A DNA stretch of 64,000 nt. Origin: Camelus ferus (lineage: Eukaryota). The stretch lies in NCBI RefSeq assembly GCF_009834535.1, contig NC_045697.1, positions 84,818,001 to 84,882,000 on the forward strand, read 5' to 3'. Both the position numbers and the translations under genes were made by a program. How positions within the stretch are numbered: the stretch's first letter is position 1; every line of letters begins with the position of its first letter. Positions 25,917 to 39,596 of the stretch are shown here, one piece after another. The notes under the pieces were generated by a model, which was given only the letters and a program-made list of their open reading frames with translations, searched no databases and had not been told where the DNA came from.

Positions 25917-26969
25917 GTTTTTGTTGTCTATTTTGTGTTTCCTTTTTTTTATTGAGGTGTAGTCAATTTACAATGTTACGTTAATTGCTGGTGTATAGCA
26001 TACAGATTCAGTTATACATATATGTCTCTTCCTTTTCATATTCTTTTTCAATATAGGCTATTACAAGGTACTGAATATAGTACCCTATGCTATAGGATAG
26101 GAACGTTTATCTGTTCCACATGTAGTAATTAGTATTTGCAAACCCTGAGCTCCCAATTTATCTCTTCCTACCAACCCCCCTCCCAACTCCGGTAGTCATC
26201 AGTTTGTTTTCTATGTCTGTAAGTCTATTTCTGTTTTGTGAATAAGTTCATTTGTGTCATTTCTTCAGATTCCACATATAAATGATATCATATGGTATTT
26301 TTCTTTCTCTTTCTGGCTTACTTCACTTAGTATGACAAGCTCCAAGTCCAGCCATGTTGCTGCAAATGGCATTATTTTATTCTTTTTAATGGTTGAGTAA
26401 TATTCCATTATATATATATATCCCACAAATTCTTTATCCAATCATCTGTTGATGGACATTTGGATTGCGTCCATGTCTTGGCTTTTGTAAATAGTGCTGC
26501 TGTGAGCATTGGGGTGCATGTATCTTTTTGAATTAATTTCCTCTGGTTCTGTGCCCAGGAATGGGATTGCATATGGTATGTGTATTTTTGTTTTTTAAAG
26601 GAATCTCCATACTGTTTTCCATATGGTTGCACCAAACTACATTCCCAGCAACAGTGTAAGAGAATTCCCTTTTCTTCACAGCCTTTCCAGCATTATTTTT
26701 TGTGGGCATTTTAATAATGGCCATTCTGACTGATGTTAGGTGATATCTCATTGTTGTTTTGATTTTCATTTCTCTGATGATTAGTGACATTGAGCATTAT
26801 TTTCATGTGCCTGTTGGCCATTTGTGTGTTTTCACTGGAGAAATATTTGTTTAGGTCTTCAGCCCATTTTTTGATTTGTTGTTTGTTTTTCTTTATTGAG
26901 TTGTATGAGCTGTTTGTATATCCTGGAAATTAAGCCCTGGTCAGTTACATCATTTGCAAGTATTTTCTC
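25917..26969 (-). mobile_element. 5'-truncated lineage L1 (ORF2 C-terminus, 3'UTR, degenerate poly-A)
   Basis: ORF fragments SLIIREMKIKTTMRYHLT and DTCTPMLTAALFT; TSD ataataggacttt (25904-25916) / ataatagggcttt (26970-26982). Confidence 0.95.
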
Positions 26970-28134
26970 ATAATAGGGCTTTATATTTGATAATGTAATA
27001 CTCCAGATTTTTTTCTTCTTCAGTTTACCTTAAATAGGCTTAGCCTGTTGCATTTGCATGTGAATTTTAGCATCACCCTGTCAATTTCCATAAAAAAACT
27101 GTTGAGATTTGATTGGGGGTACATTGAATCTATATTTCAATTGGTGTATAATTGACACATTTACATTACTGAAAATTTCAATTCATGAACATGGTAACAC
27201 TTTCCATTTATTTTGACCATCTTTAATATCTTTCATGTTTTTACATTTTCAGTATAAAATTCTGGCATGTATGTCATTAGATGTATTTTTTTGATGTCAT
27301 TCTAAAATACATCTTTTAAAATAGTTCATTTTCTATTTTTATTTTAGCTATGTATAACTACAATTCTTTTTTGTTTATGTTATTTTCAGAAATATTGCTA
27401 AACTTACTTTTTAATTAGTATCATTTTCTGAAGACTCTGAAGCTTCTACTCAGAAAAGCATGTAGAAAGGGATAATAATTATAGTTTTATTTCTCCCTTT
27501 TCATCATATAACTATTATTTTCTTTTATTGTCTTCTTGCACTAGCTAGGACTCAGTTGAACAGAAATGGTTATAATAGATTTTTACATGACTGATCTTAA
27601 TCTTGAAAGAAAGCTTTCAGTAATTCACCGTTAAGTATTATTTACTAAAAAATTTTGTATCCAATCTGTCAGATGAAGGAATCTCCCTTCTATTCCTCTG
27701 TTGAGAAAACTTGTACCATAATACATATCAAAAACTATAGCTCTTTTTAGTTGTACTTTTAAAATTTTCTATCAGAAAAATTACTTAGGGGTTGCTAATG
27801 GAGATGTCTGGAAACCCTTTCCCCTCTCATTCTAATTTCCAGCAAATAAATACATTTCCTATATTTTCAGAATATCACTTCCTCCTCTACTATACTCATT
27901 TCTTTCCTTAATATAAACCTATAATAGCAACAATTTTTGTTCCTTTCTGCATATTAATTATTAATAATTTAGGTGAAATAATGGATAGAATTTTATTTTT
28001 AAAAGACAGGTAAATGTATGGATACTATAGTTATGAAAATTTTTGTAGCCACTGTTTGCCTTTGATGCAATGGAGATAGAGCCCTCAGGGGAAAAGGCTA
28101 ATGTAGACAGAACTGGTTCATTTGAGAGAGAGAG

Positions 28135-28385
28135 AGTGTGTTTATTATAGTGGTTAAAAGCCTGGGCTCTGGAGCCAAACTTCTTGAATTTAAATTTCAG
28201 CTCTGCCATTTGTAGACTATATGATCTTGAAAATTTAATTTTTAGTTAATTTCAGATTTCTCATTTGATAATTGGGCTGACATAATTCCTGGTTTATGAG
28301 GTTTGGCCAAAAAGTTTGAAGTACAGATAACAATGTTTGACACATAAGTACTACCCAAGCAAGTGTTCTCTATTATCATCATCCC
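28135..28385 (+). mobile_element. MIR SINE
   Basis: tagtggttaaaagcctgggctctggagccaaac...cagctctgccatttgtag...ttctcatttgataattggg. Confidence 0.85.
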
Positions 28386-28739
28386 AACACCAGTATCACC
28401 ACACACTTCCCAGGCAACAGCTGGCCAATTCTTCACTGTTATGAACTGTGAAGAATTGAAACAGTGAGGAGGGTGGTATAAGTAGAGAATTATGCAAGAT
28501 AAAATTTTTGGTGAAAAGCAGCATTCAATATTATGTAACTATAGCTGAGACTAATATGGGTCTTCATATTTTTGCTCTCTAATTACAGGATGACTGTATC
28601 CATGACATTTTAATTTCAAATAATGTTCCTTTTTCTGCTGTTTATTTGCTATCTTATAGCCATATACTGTTTGAGTTCAATCAATATGAACAAAATGAAC
28701 CTACTTAGTCATCACCAGTGCTGTGTCTATGCATACACT

Positions 28740-29155
28740 TATTATGCAAAAGAGATAGCCAGCCTTCCACTAAAGATTCATGCTTTTCTTCCATTGTGTA
28801 GATTTTTTGCTATAAAGTTAATGTCAGATCAGAAACTATCATTCTCAGCCCTCCTAACTTTGAATCTAGATGGGAGCATTTGAGTAATTTCTCTCTGTGG
28901 AATGGGGTAGAAGTGACGTGTGGATAAGAAGCAAATGTATCTTGTCTACATCTCTTTCCTCATCCATTGGCTGAAGAGGAGGATGCAACCACAAACCGAA
29001 AGAAGATTTGATTCCTGAAAGATAATGATGAAGTCTCTTAACTAGGAAAACCCTTAGGAGATGGTGATATGAGCAAGAGATATACTTAATTTGCTAAGCC
29101 TTTAAGATTTCAGTGTTTATCAGTTAGAGCAGCTAACGTTGTTGTAACAAATATA
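28740..29155 (+). mobile_element. Ancient MaLR LTR (MLT1J/K-like)
   Basis: cattctcagccctcc...ctagatgggagcatttgagtaattt...gaatggggtagaagtgacgtg; 3' end gctaagcctttaagatttcagtgtttatcagttagagcagcta. Confidence 0.6.
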
Positions 29156-32100
29156 TTGTTCTCTGTTTCAGTTGCTCAGGATGTGATTAAATTCCCTAAG
29201 GAGGTGAAACTGAGAGGAATATAATATAGTTGAGATAACATATAAAAGATATAGGAAAGAGACATTTGAATCCCCTTTGATCTAGTTTCCTTCATTTATC
29301 TGAGTTTTAGTCAGTCAGATACCCATTTAAATAGCGAATCTCTGGTCATAGTCTTTACAGTTATATTTTACATTTGATTTATGTGTGTGTGTGTGTTTGC
29401 CATTGGGTTTTTTTTTTGGCTGGCTGTGTATATACATTTGATTTTAAAGATGAGAACTCTGCTTGCAAACTTCCATAAAATAATGGAAAAAAAATCATTC
29501 ACCATTTTTTGTTGTTGCTGACATCTTTTTGTTTAACAGTCTGGAAGATAATCTACAGAGAGATGAGACTATAAGGGGTATGGGGAAATAACTAAAGATT
29601 ATTTAAATACCTTCTCAGAATTTGGGTTATTATCTAGAAGGCATCTTGTTTCATTGAGTCCAGTTATGATTTGGGATGGGTAAGCAGCTGATGGGAAGGA
29701 CCTAGTAAGGGATTTGAGTTAATGGGCGAAACATGGGAGAAGGAGGAACGGTTGCTGCATGGATGTTGTTTGGAGGAGAGTAAAAAAGGAAAAACTGTTT
29801 AGTCTGGCTGTGATGGAAATCTGAAACACAGAAATGCCTAATAGACAAGTTTAAATTTGTTTGTAGTGAATTGTGCAATATACACCCCTCCTTTAGCTTG
29901 CCTGAGAAATACTCAGTTCATGCTACACTGTTGGTTAATGTTTTTATGATTTTTTTAAAGCATCCTCTTTTTGATTTGATATATTTCTAAAACAGAAATA
30001 ACATATGAGGACCCAGGAGTAGACTGGTCTAGGTGCTGCAGATATCTGGATTATGGAGATCTATTTTATTTCCTTTGTTTTTCCCCCTAAAATTTAAATT
30101 TAGGAGATATGCCTAGTCAGGTAGGAGTGAAAATTTTATTTCTAGGGCAATTTGAAAATGAGGAGTTCTGGGGTAAAGTTTAAAGTAGGCTTTCCTCCTT
30201 TAGATCGCTATATATTTGATGTTTCACTCTACTTCCTTTTCTTTCATTTGTCTTTATGTCTGTCTTTCTTCACTCTTCTCTTTTTTACTTCTAGAAGTAT
30301 TTTAATTTTAAAATACAAAGTTTGATTATGTTAATACTTTCATTTTCATGGCTTTGGTTACTATTTTGGTTGGTTGAAGAAAGTAGGCATTAATTTTTTT
30401 TCTCTAGTGTTAGGGCCATTATTTACTTCTCTCATTAACATGATTGGAGACCAAACAGTGACCAAAATCAACCTTGATCAAAGAACAGTTGGGCAACTGG
30501 TAATGCATCTTTCCTTTCCTACCCAACAAGAAATCTACTTCTTTGTATCTGCTCCCCTAGTTGTATGGGAGAGGCTTCTGACCAAATTAGTCAGCATCGA
30601 ATTATGTAAAATTTGAGTATTATTTAATCTGGAAACTGAACTGATCTACTACCAGAAAAGCTGATCTTTTGGTATGTAGTATGTCATTCTGTTCTGTTCA
30701 AAATTATTTAGGGAAGCTAAACTGACAAAGCACACATCTGGAAATTTTGTCTGGAAATTGGAAATACTTAAGAAATAATTTTTATAGGAACTAAAACTAA
30801 GATTAATTTTAGATTCTTAAATTGAAGATAGCATCTACCAAATATTTCAAATTATCTTTCTCTGACACCAGATGTATCTTTCTTTATTGCTAGAATAAAG
30901 TTTTTGCTGTCTTTTATGGCTATCTGAATCATTTCCATCCTTTTGTGTTGTGCAGTATTTGTGTCATGCATTTACATTTTAAAAGTTGTAGTCTATGCAG
31001 TGTGACTTTCAAACAATCGACAAACCTATTCCCATGTCAACCCCTCTGCTTAATCAGCAGTCACTTTATTCCTACTCTTTTCAAAGGCACTTGAACTGCC
31101 TGAAAAGCTAAAGGACAATTCAAGTGAGTGTGCTGGGCTGGTCCCCGCCAGTGTTTGTCTATTGAAATTCACGTATGTAATCTTCTGGTGAAGAAGGGTG
31201 GTGGTTCAATGGCACCATCACAGCTGTGGGGAACAGATGTCCTAAAATTAAAGGAAAGGAAGTTTCCCTCCAGAAGGTGGAGTTAATTTTTCTTATTCTG
31301 GGTAATTGAGTGTGTGGTGATTGTGAGGTGGAAGATAAAGACTAAAGTTAGGGAGAGAAGACATTTTACAGTAGCAGAGCATGATCCTACAGTCCCTACT
31401 TGTTTGGCAAACATATCCTGAATGGGTTTGTCAAGTGGTATGCTGCCTTATCCATCACTTGCTAGATTCTGGTGAACATCTCCACCTTGCTGATTTAAAT
31501 ATACACTCAATATCATCCAGAATTCTTGGTACTTAACACATAAAACTATTAGGTATTATTGATAAAAAGATGTATTTTTATTTTTCTGTTGATTTTACTG
31601 TAGACCACTGGGTGCTGATAGGCTTAAATTCCTTGAATCTTTGAAATAATGTTTTAATTTTTATTTTAGGAAACCAGATTTGGCCAAAAGTAAATATAAC
31701 AAGAAACTGAAATATAAATCATCTTGGCTATGAACAAAACATTCAATTTAAGAAATTTATTTGACTCTGTCAGGTTTTTTTTTTCTTTTTTGAATTGATG
31801 GGAGGTGTAGCATGGAGCTGAAACTTGAGAAATGTATCTGCTATTAGGACAGACAATTTTTTGAAAATTTCAATTCCCAATTTGAGAGGGTTTCATTGTA
31901 GACTTAAGTACAAGTTGGCTCTGTTCAAAATGTGAATATTGATATATTAGGAAGAAAATGTTGATGAAAGATTAGTAAACAAATGATGACAGTCCTTATC
32001 TTGACGTATTCACAACAACTAACCCTGAGACCAAGATGCAGCTGTCACATCATCATTGTCCACAGTGGAAAAAGCGTAGTTTCAAACACATTTGAGCTTG

Positions 32101-34769
32101 GTTTGGGTCATTAGCTAAAATAAGGAGAAATTATTTTACATCCTTGGAGCTTCAGCCTTCATTATTAATAAAAGTAACATTTCTCTCCCCAGAGGGCTGT
32201 TTTGATTTATACAAAGTAGATGTGAGTATTTTTTTTTTTTTCCCTAACGTGGTAAGATGCCAGCAGCAGACTGTTTTCTCAAACAGCAGTGTGGGGATTC
32301 TTGATAGAACACCTTCTAGAGGTACTGAAAGCAATTGAATAATGTACTGAAATACGAATTTACTCAAAAACACATCAGAGACTGAGTTGGGGAGATACAT
32401 GTCAATTCAAGGCATGGTTTCTTTTGTCTAAATCAGTGTTGTTGAGCCACATCCATTTGTATATGTAAAGCTAATTTGGTAACAGCCTCTTTATTACTAA
32501 GCCAGAACTCATTTCACCTGATGGTTTCATTTTAAATGTATGAACTGTATTAAATAACATTCCAATAAGTAATAGAAATTTAACTCAAAGAATATGGAAA
32601 GAAAAGCCATACAGTCACATTCAGAACCAGTTGGAAGCTGGCACCTGACAATGATTAACAGGTTGAACAGATTAGACTAGACCTAAATCTCTAAATACAA
32701 TTGAAAGACAGAAAATCTTTTTATTGAAAACAACACTAACAACAGGTCTATGAGATTTGAAAAAATTGATTTGTTTCTGTATTATCAATCAATAATAGGA
32801 TAGGCTGGAAGATTTTGAACACACCATACAAAACAGGAAACAAAATTAGTCAACTATCCCAAGACTTAATCTGATTAAAACCAGGCTTCTGAGTATTTGA
32901 AACACCAAATTATTGCTGAAAAATTTCAATTATGAATGGATGTTTGACCTCTTACAGATATATTACTAATAAATAAAGCAATAATATTAATACTCTTGAT
33001 TTATGAAATAGTTAAAAAGTACTTCTGTGTAGTCAGAAATCAAGCAGTCATTTAAATTTGTCTAAATAATTTTGATTAAAATATTGGATATAGTATGCTC
33101 TACTCAAATTGAGTGCCCACAGTGGGTGAACTACTCATTTCTTTACTTCATTTTGCATCATGAAGATAAGCCTGAATTGGTGATTACTTTTTTTAAAGAA
33201 GACAATATTTTCCAAAAAACCATTTGAATATAAAAAATGTAGATATTACTATAATATGTTATATAAATAGAGTTTGCTGAACTCTGATTTGTAAAATTTA
33301 TTTATGTATACTAATTTTATATTTGCTAAAACAAAATAGGGATTTCTAATGTTATAGAGAACATACAAAGCCCTAAAATAAATCCTAATGGATAGTGCCA
33401 TTTTAAAAAACAAATGTTATAGCACAGCACACTGTATGTGCAGAAGAAAACCAAACTTTGAAGAGACACCCTTCTTCAGATATTGGCTCTTTCTCAGACA
33501 AACCTGTCTTCTGAAAGATAAAAAATTCTCTAATCTTTCATCACCTTGTCTCCTAATTACATCCAGGAAATGGATTCAGAGTTAGTTGGTGAGGTGAATA
33601 CAAGGGGAGCTTGTTCGTATGTGTTTACTGCCCATTCCCAGAATAAAACATGTTTTCTCAGCAAATTTATTTCATTGAATTTTATGTCCAGACTTTTACT
33701 TGGACATAATTTTAGAGATGTGACAAACAAATAAGTGAAAAATAAATAAAATAAAATAAGATAAAGTAAAGTAAAATAATGATCTTGGCCCTCAAATCAT
33801 GCAGTTTTTCCTCTAAACAAATCTTCCTTATTGGCGATCTGGCTCAAATTATATGTATATAGAAATATCCTGGGTAAGTAACATGAACAAAGCATAGTAT
33901 CTGGTTGAGATAAAAGTCCTCTTTGAATATTGTTTGTAACTTGAAGACTTTGCTCACTCATTGGATAGATTCCATTAAACACAGCCGGGAGCAATATATA
34001 GTGTGGATTATGTGACTTTGCTGTAATGGACATGCAGATACATATTTTTCACATACAATATACAAACATCTCAGCAGGACAATTGGATAATGGAGCCAAA
34101 AAATCAGAAAACTGGCAAATGTTCAATGGATTACTATGGCTTGATTCCACACTTCAAATATAATGAACATTTAATTCATCTAATGTCTTTTTTTTTAATT
34201 GGAGACACATTGGTAGAGGGGCATTTGAGTTCACAAACACTCTCAATTACTTCCATGTTAACCACATTTCACAAACTTCCAACTTGTGAACTATTTTCTA
34301 AAAAAAAACTTGTATAGGAGAACTTGCAGACTTTGACCAACTCAGGTTTTCATTCCTCCTTTCTGTTCTTTTGTTTGGCTTTGCCTCTTCAATTATGCTC
34401 CCCTGAAGTCAGATTTCATGTCTCATTCTCATATGGCAATTTAAATATAATTGTAATTATCACATTTTTAGGAACTAAAAATTTAAATTAATTTTGCCAA
34501 AGAGTGCCAGGTTAATGTCAAACTTTCAAAGTGTTTCCTGAATGTTACCGCTTGTTACCTTTTATGATTGTACAAGCCAAACCATAGTTAATAATAAAAA
34601 TGTCTTGATTTGCATAGCTTTACAGTTTAAAAAGGCCAAGTTTTCGTTTATTTAGCCAATGAATGTTTGTTGAGCACATACAACATACAACATGCCAAAA
34701 GTTTTCTTAGACTCAGAAAATAAAATGGAGGAGAGATAGTACTGGTTCCTTCTCTCATGAAACTTTCAG

Positions 34770-36700
34770 TCTAGCCTTACCTCCAAGTAACTGATGCCCT
34801 AAACTTTGCATTCTGACTTACCCAGTGTAATTATGTCCCTAAACAATAAGCTTTTCAGTTGTGCCTGTTTTTTTGCCCTTATATATGGAATCATACTATC
34901 CATGTTCCTCTGTGGCTTTCTTTTTCATTCATAATTTTTTTTCATATTTTTCATGTCTTTGCATACTTATAGTTGTCTATTTTCATTGCTGTATATTATG
35001 AGTGTACCACTATTCATTATTTGGTAAATCTAGTGCTGGGGTAAATTTATGTGTTCCAATTACCCCACATCTCAAACAACTCTTGGAATTTTGTTAAATT
35101 TATAATTTTTTGCCAAAATGATAGATCAGAAAGGTACCTCATTGTGTTTTTAATTAGGATTTCCTTAATTACTAATGAAGTTAGAATTTTCACAAGTTTA
35201 TTGATCATTTTTTAAAGACTTGCCATCTATCCTATTTTTTTTGTTCATACATATTCTATAATATATATTTTCTAAGTACTAATCTTTTGTAAGTAATAAG
35301 TGTTTTCTGGATATTTTCTTCCAGTTATGGCTTGCCTTTCTACTTTCTTTTTTGAAACGTAAGTTTCCATAAGTTCTTGATAATTGAAAGTTCTTAAAAT
35401 GATGTCATCTAACTTATCAATGTTTTTATGCATAATTTTTGTTGTGCCATGTCTAAGAATTTTTTTTATCCTAGAGTTACAACAGTATTCTCCTATGCGT
35501 TCTTCTGAAAGTTTTAAATCCTTGTATATCTAGAAAGGTTTTTTTATGGGTTTCTTTGCAGGGTTCCAGTTTACCTATGTAGAATCAATTTTTGAAGTAC
35601 CAACTTATTGAACAGTGTATTTTTTCTCCATTGATCTTTAATGCTAGTACCATCAGATACTTGATTTCTACTTCTACCCTATGGGATAGAAACACCAGTG
35701 CAATGTTAAAGTAAGGTGTTGATAGCAGCATCTTTATAATGTTCATGATATTGAAAGGAAAGCTTCAAATAGTTCATTGTGTACCTTTACTGTAATTTAG
35801 TTTTAGACAACTCATATATTTAGAAAGTTTCCTTTTATTTCTAGTTTGCTAAAAGTGTTTTTTTTAACCAAGCTCTTTTTCTATGCCTATTTTACATACA
35901 CTTACAGACTTTACAATATCCAGCCTATCTTGTAGTTCTGAGATAAGCTTAATCATGGTTTTATTCATTTTATATATAGTGGGATTCAATTAGCTAGTAA
36001 TTGGTTTATAATTTTTGTATCTGTGTTTATAAGTGAATTGTCCTGCAGTCATTCCTTTCTTTTATCCTTGTAAAGCTTTGGTCTTGACCTTCAGGAAGTC
36101 AACTATACAGTGTTTTCACCTCTTCTATATCCTGGAAAAGGTTATAAAGATCGACATTATGTTTTTAATTTCTCAATTTTGAATGTCTGGTAAACTTACC
36201 AATGAAGTCATCAGTGACTGACATTTGTTGCATTTGTGGTAATTTCTTCTGATCTATATTTCAGTCCACTAATTGTGTCTTGTGCACATATGTCCAAATG
36301 TGGCCAATGAGTTTTAATTTTAGTTATGATATTATTAATTCTACATTTACTTTCTTTATTTTTTGGATTTTTCTATAGTTTCTGGTTCTTCACAGATACT
36401 TTCATTTGTCACTCCTTTCTTTAAACACAGTAGTGTATTGGTTTTTAATATTTATTTAATAATTCTAATATTTGATGTACTTGAAGATTTATTTCTGTTA
36501 TTTTTTCTTCAGGTGTCTCTCATACTGCCTTATTTGTTTGTGAACTTTGTTATCTTTGGCTGTTTCCTAGTCATTGTCTACAAAAAATTACTTGACAGGT
36601 TCATCAAGTTCCAAGATAGATGTGACATTTTCCGTATAGAGTTTGCTTTTGCTTCTTCCAGTTTCCTAGATATGCCAAGAATTGGGGCAAACCCAAGTCA
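34770..36700 (-). mobile_element. Degraded L1ME-like element
   Basis: T-rich antisense L1 motifs (atatatggaatcatactat, acctcattgtgtttttaatt, aaagtttccttttatttctagtttgctaa). Confidence 0.65.
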
Positions 36701-39582
36701 TTTATACAACTCCAGATTGTGTGATCCATCCAGAATTAATATACTTAGTGGAGAAATTCATGTCAGAGCAACATGTGGTCACAACTTTGCAGAGACTTTT
36801 TTCCTTCTTTCTTTTTATTTCTTTTCCTTTATAACTTACGCTCAACTCCAAGAGAGCCTTATGTTCCATTTCTTGGTATTGGAGACACAAGTAGAATTTG
36901 GATCATATGTAGGTCTTTGGAGTTTTAGGTTAATTTTGAGAAGGTTTTTCTTTTGTTTTGTTTTTTGTTTTTTTAGTAATATTTCCCTAGCATGGTGCTA
37001 AGCATCTAAAAATACTTAATAAATATTAGAAAATATCATGCAGATAATCCTCAATGAACATTTATTAAGTTTTCAGTTTTTCATAGTACTCTACCACGTT
37101 CTACAAAGATAATGCTTTTGTCTTGAACATTTTGCAATACACTGACTATTTATTATGAACCCTACGTTGGCACTATGCATAAGGCAAGGGGTTAGATGTT
37201 TGGATTCAAAGATGTATAGGGCTAAACCCTTAAGAAACTTTCTATTTAGTGGGGGATTTACATTATTACTGCAAAGCTGGTTAAGGCTTAGGAAGAACAA
37301 CCAAAAGGGCATCTAATAGTTATCCCAGGAATTGAATTTACCTTGTTCCAACTGCTGTTTTGCTGGTATGATAAGGGAGATCCTGCTCAGTTAATTTATT
37401 ATTGGTAGGAAAGGACAAGAGAGCTCCTTGCAGGTATGCAGATTCTTAATTTTCCAATAAGATACATCACTTTGCTTCCTCAGTAAGGAGTGAGGGTGTG
37501 GAGAGGAGACAAGCTGTAATTCTTAAACCTTCTTCCTGACTTAATATGCCGCCAGGACAGAAGGGAGAGAGGGAAGGATGCTTTCCTTCCAAACAGTACT
37601 GGCAATGATGTCAGCACCCAAACGTTGTAGAGTTCAAGTTGCACCAGATTACTCAGGGCCATAAAAATGTCAGGCTACTGTATGTTTTATTTAGAAGAGA
37701 CTGAGGAAAGACTGCATGATTTTGAATGGAAAAGTGGCAGGGTGAAAGATGTACTCTAGAAAGCACCACAAGCAGTGACTTAGATAACCAGGAGGACTTG
37801 AAAAATGTTGGCTACATAGGGTTCCCAGCTTTGATGTTATTATTATGAGGTGGTGAGAGTCTGAATGTTGTTGTGGCACATTTGGGTTTATTTTAGTTTA
37901 CTTTTATAAGGCTTTCAAGATATCTATAATTTGCAGAGTGACCAAAGTATTCTCTAATTTATGTGATTTGGTTCACTAAGGAGGCTTACGTTCTAAGCAA
38001 AATGTAAATAGCTACCTTATAAAAATATATAATTTTTAAACAAGTACCTGTTAAAAGGCACACATAGTCATTTGTAAAAATAAGCACCTCCCTTCCACTT
38101 TTTTTTTCTTTTTGAGCTCTAGACTTTCAGCTAACATCTACAGACTATTAGAGTGTAGTCATAAGATTTTTTTAAACTCTCATGCTTTTAAAATTTTTTA
38201 ATGTCAAAAATTTGGAGCCAGACTTATTGTGTCCTGGGAGAGACTTATTTCAAAAAATAAAATGGAGTTGTCAGAAAAAAAATTTACTAAACTACTAATC
38301 AATAAGTTTTAAAATATGAAATAAAATCTTGACTTTTATATAAGAGAGGAAAATCAACCTTAAATTACATTGAAAATGTTAAACAGGTTGATGAGCTGTG
38401 TATATATGTTGGGTAAAGTCTTGAATACTGAAAGCTCTAAAACCAATAGAATATTCTTGATCACTTTTTGTAAAAACTCAGGACATCTCTAGTGATGAGT
38501 GATTTAATTTTTACTGTTGGAAATTTAGTAATTATTAACTTCATAATTAATAAGTAGAAGTTGAATCACATGTGGGAGTCTAATTTTTATCATGTGAGGT
38601 TTTTTCTATGTTTTCAAAAATAATTGTCTAATTTTTCTCATAGGATTAACAATTAATAGGTAATTTTCAACATTGCTGTGCTCAAATCTTCTGAGATTAT
38701 TTGATGTGAATAACTTCGTATAAACAAATTCTCTGGGGTGGAATTTGTCATCTTTTGCAGTTCTATGGAATGTCGTGTCCCAAAAGAGCAGTGAATTCGG
38801 GAATGGCAAAAATGAAGCCCAGACTTGCTTAGCTTGGACATTTTTGGGTGTTTACCCTGGGAGGTGACTTTACCATTCCCTTTGGCTTTCAGTTGAAGGG
38901 CCAGTCTGAGCCTGGTGATTTTATCCTGCAAGAGCCTTACCATTTTAGGACTAGCATTGAAAATGAGAAAAAGGCAATCTTATATTCTGTGTGTATTAAA
39001 GTAAGCAGTTAACAAAAAAAAAGCAAGAAGCGAGTGGGTAATGTTGAGAGTGCCTTCTTCGTCACTTTACTAGAAAATCTGAGATTTCTGGGTTTCTTTT
39101 AATTCAATCATACTAGGATCTTTAATGCAAGCACTTGAATTCTAAAACACAAGTTCTAGCCAGACTGCGGAATTGCACTTTATTGAAACTTTATTGAAAT
39201 CATTGGTGGTAAAGCCTTCCCCTGTGCTCACTTTTTAAAAGATAGGCTTGGTAGATCAATGGATTAGATGTACCCCCACCAGAAATGTGCATAATGAGGA
39301 GACAAGTAGTGGAGTCAGCTAAAAGACAATTATTAAGTAGTGAGGTCACAGCTGGATCATTGTTGATCCTGTTTTCTCTCTCCAGATGTTTTCAAGGCTT
39401 CAAGCTATGTTTCAGTGTAATAGAAAGAGCTTATAAATTGAAGAACAACTTGTTTTTTAGTTGTTTCTAGGAGTTCTACTTCAGTATTGAAGCAGAAAAG
39501 AGCAATTTGAAGGGCATTTTTACTTAGCCAATTTAATCTGCATTTGGCTAGAACACACTTCAAGTTCTTGAGATAGGGGCCA

Positions 39583-39596
39583 ATTGTTATGCAAAT
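39583..39596 (+). promoter_or_regulatory. SOX-OCT (POU) composite motif
   Basis: ATTGTTATGCAAAT; matches 14/15 of canonical CATTGTTATGCAAAT; in unique sequence. Confidence 0.4.

Larger units (their letters stand above)
19180..27700 (-). mobile_element. Old antisense L1M (L1MC/MD/ME-type) split by four later insertions
   Basis: Antisense L1 3'UTR then ORF2-like text is continuous across the inserts (gtaaccagtaatcagg...ccagaagctccc; gtgaattttagcatcaccctgtcaatttcc; gattgggggtacattgaatcta). Confidence 0.75.

Noticed and set aside
36363..37001. 212-aa plus-strand ORF, the longest non-L1 ORF
   Set aside because: TTG start, F/L/I-rich low complexity, overlaps an antisense degraded L1; no recognisable domain
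38761..38863. Acceptor tcttttgcag followed by a short open frame (LWNVVSQKSSEFGNGK...)
   Set aside because: Mediocre donor, no recognisable homology
39177..39198. Tandem duplication actttattgaa x2 (similar short duplications near 11758 and 59688)
   Set aside because: Ordinary slippage duplications; no array or spacer structure, not CRISPR-like
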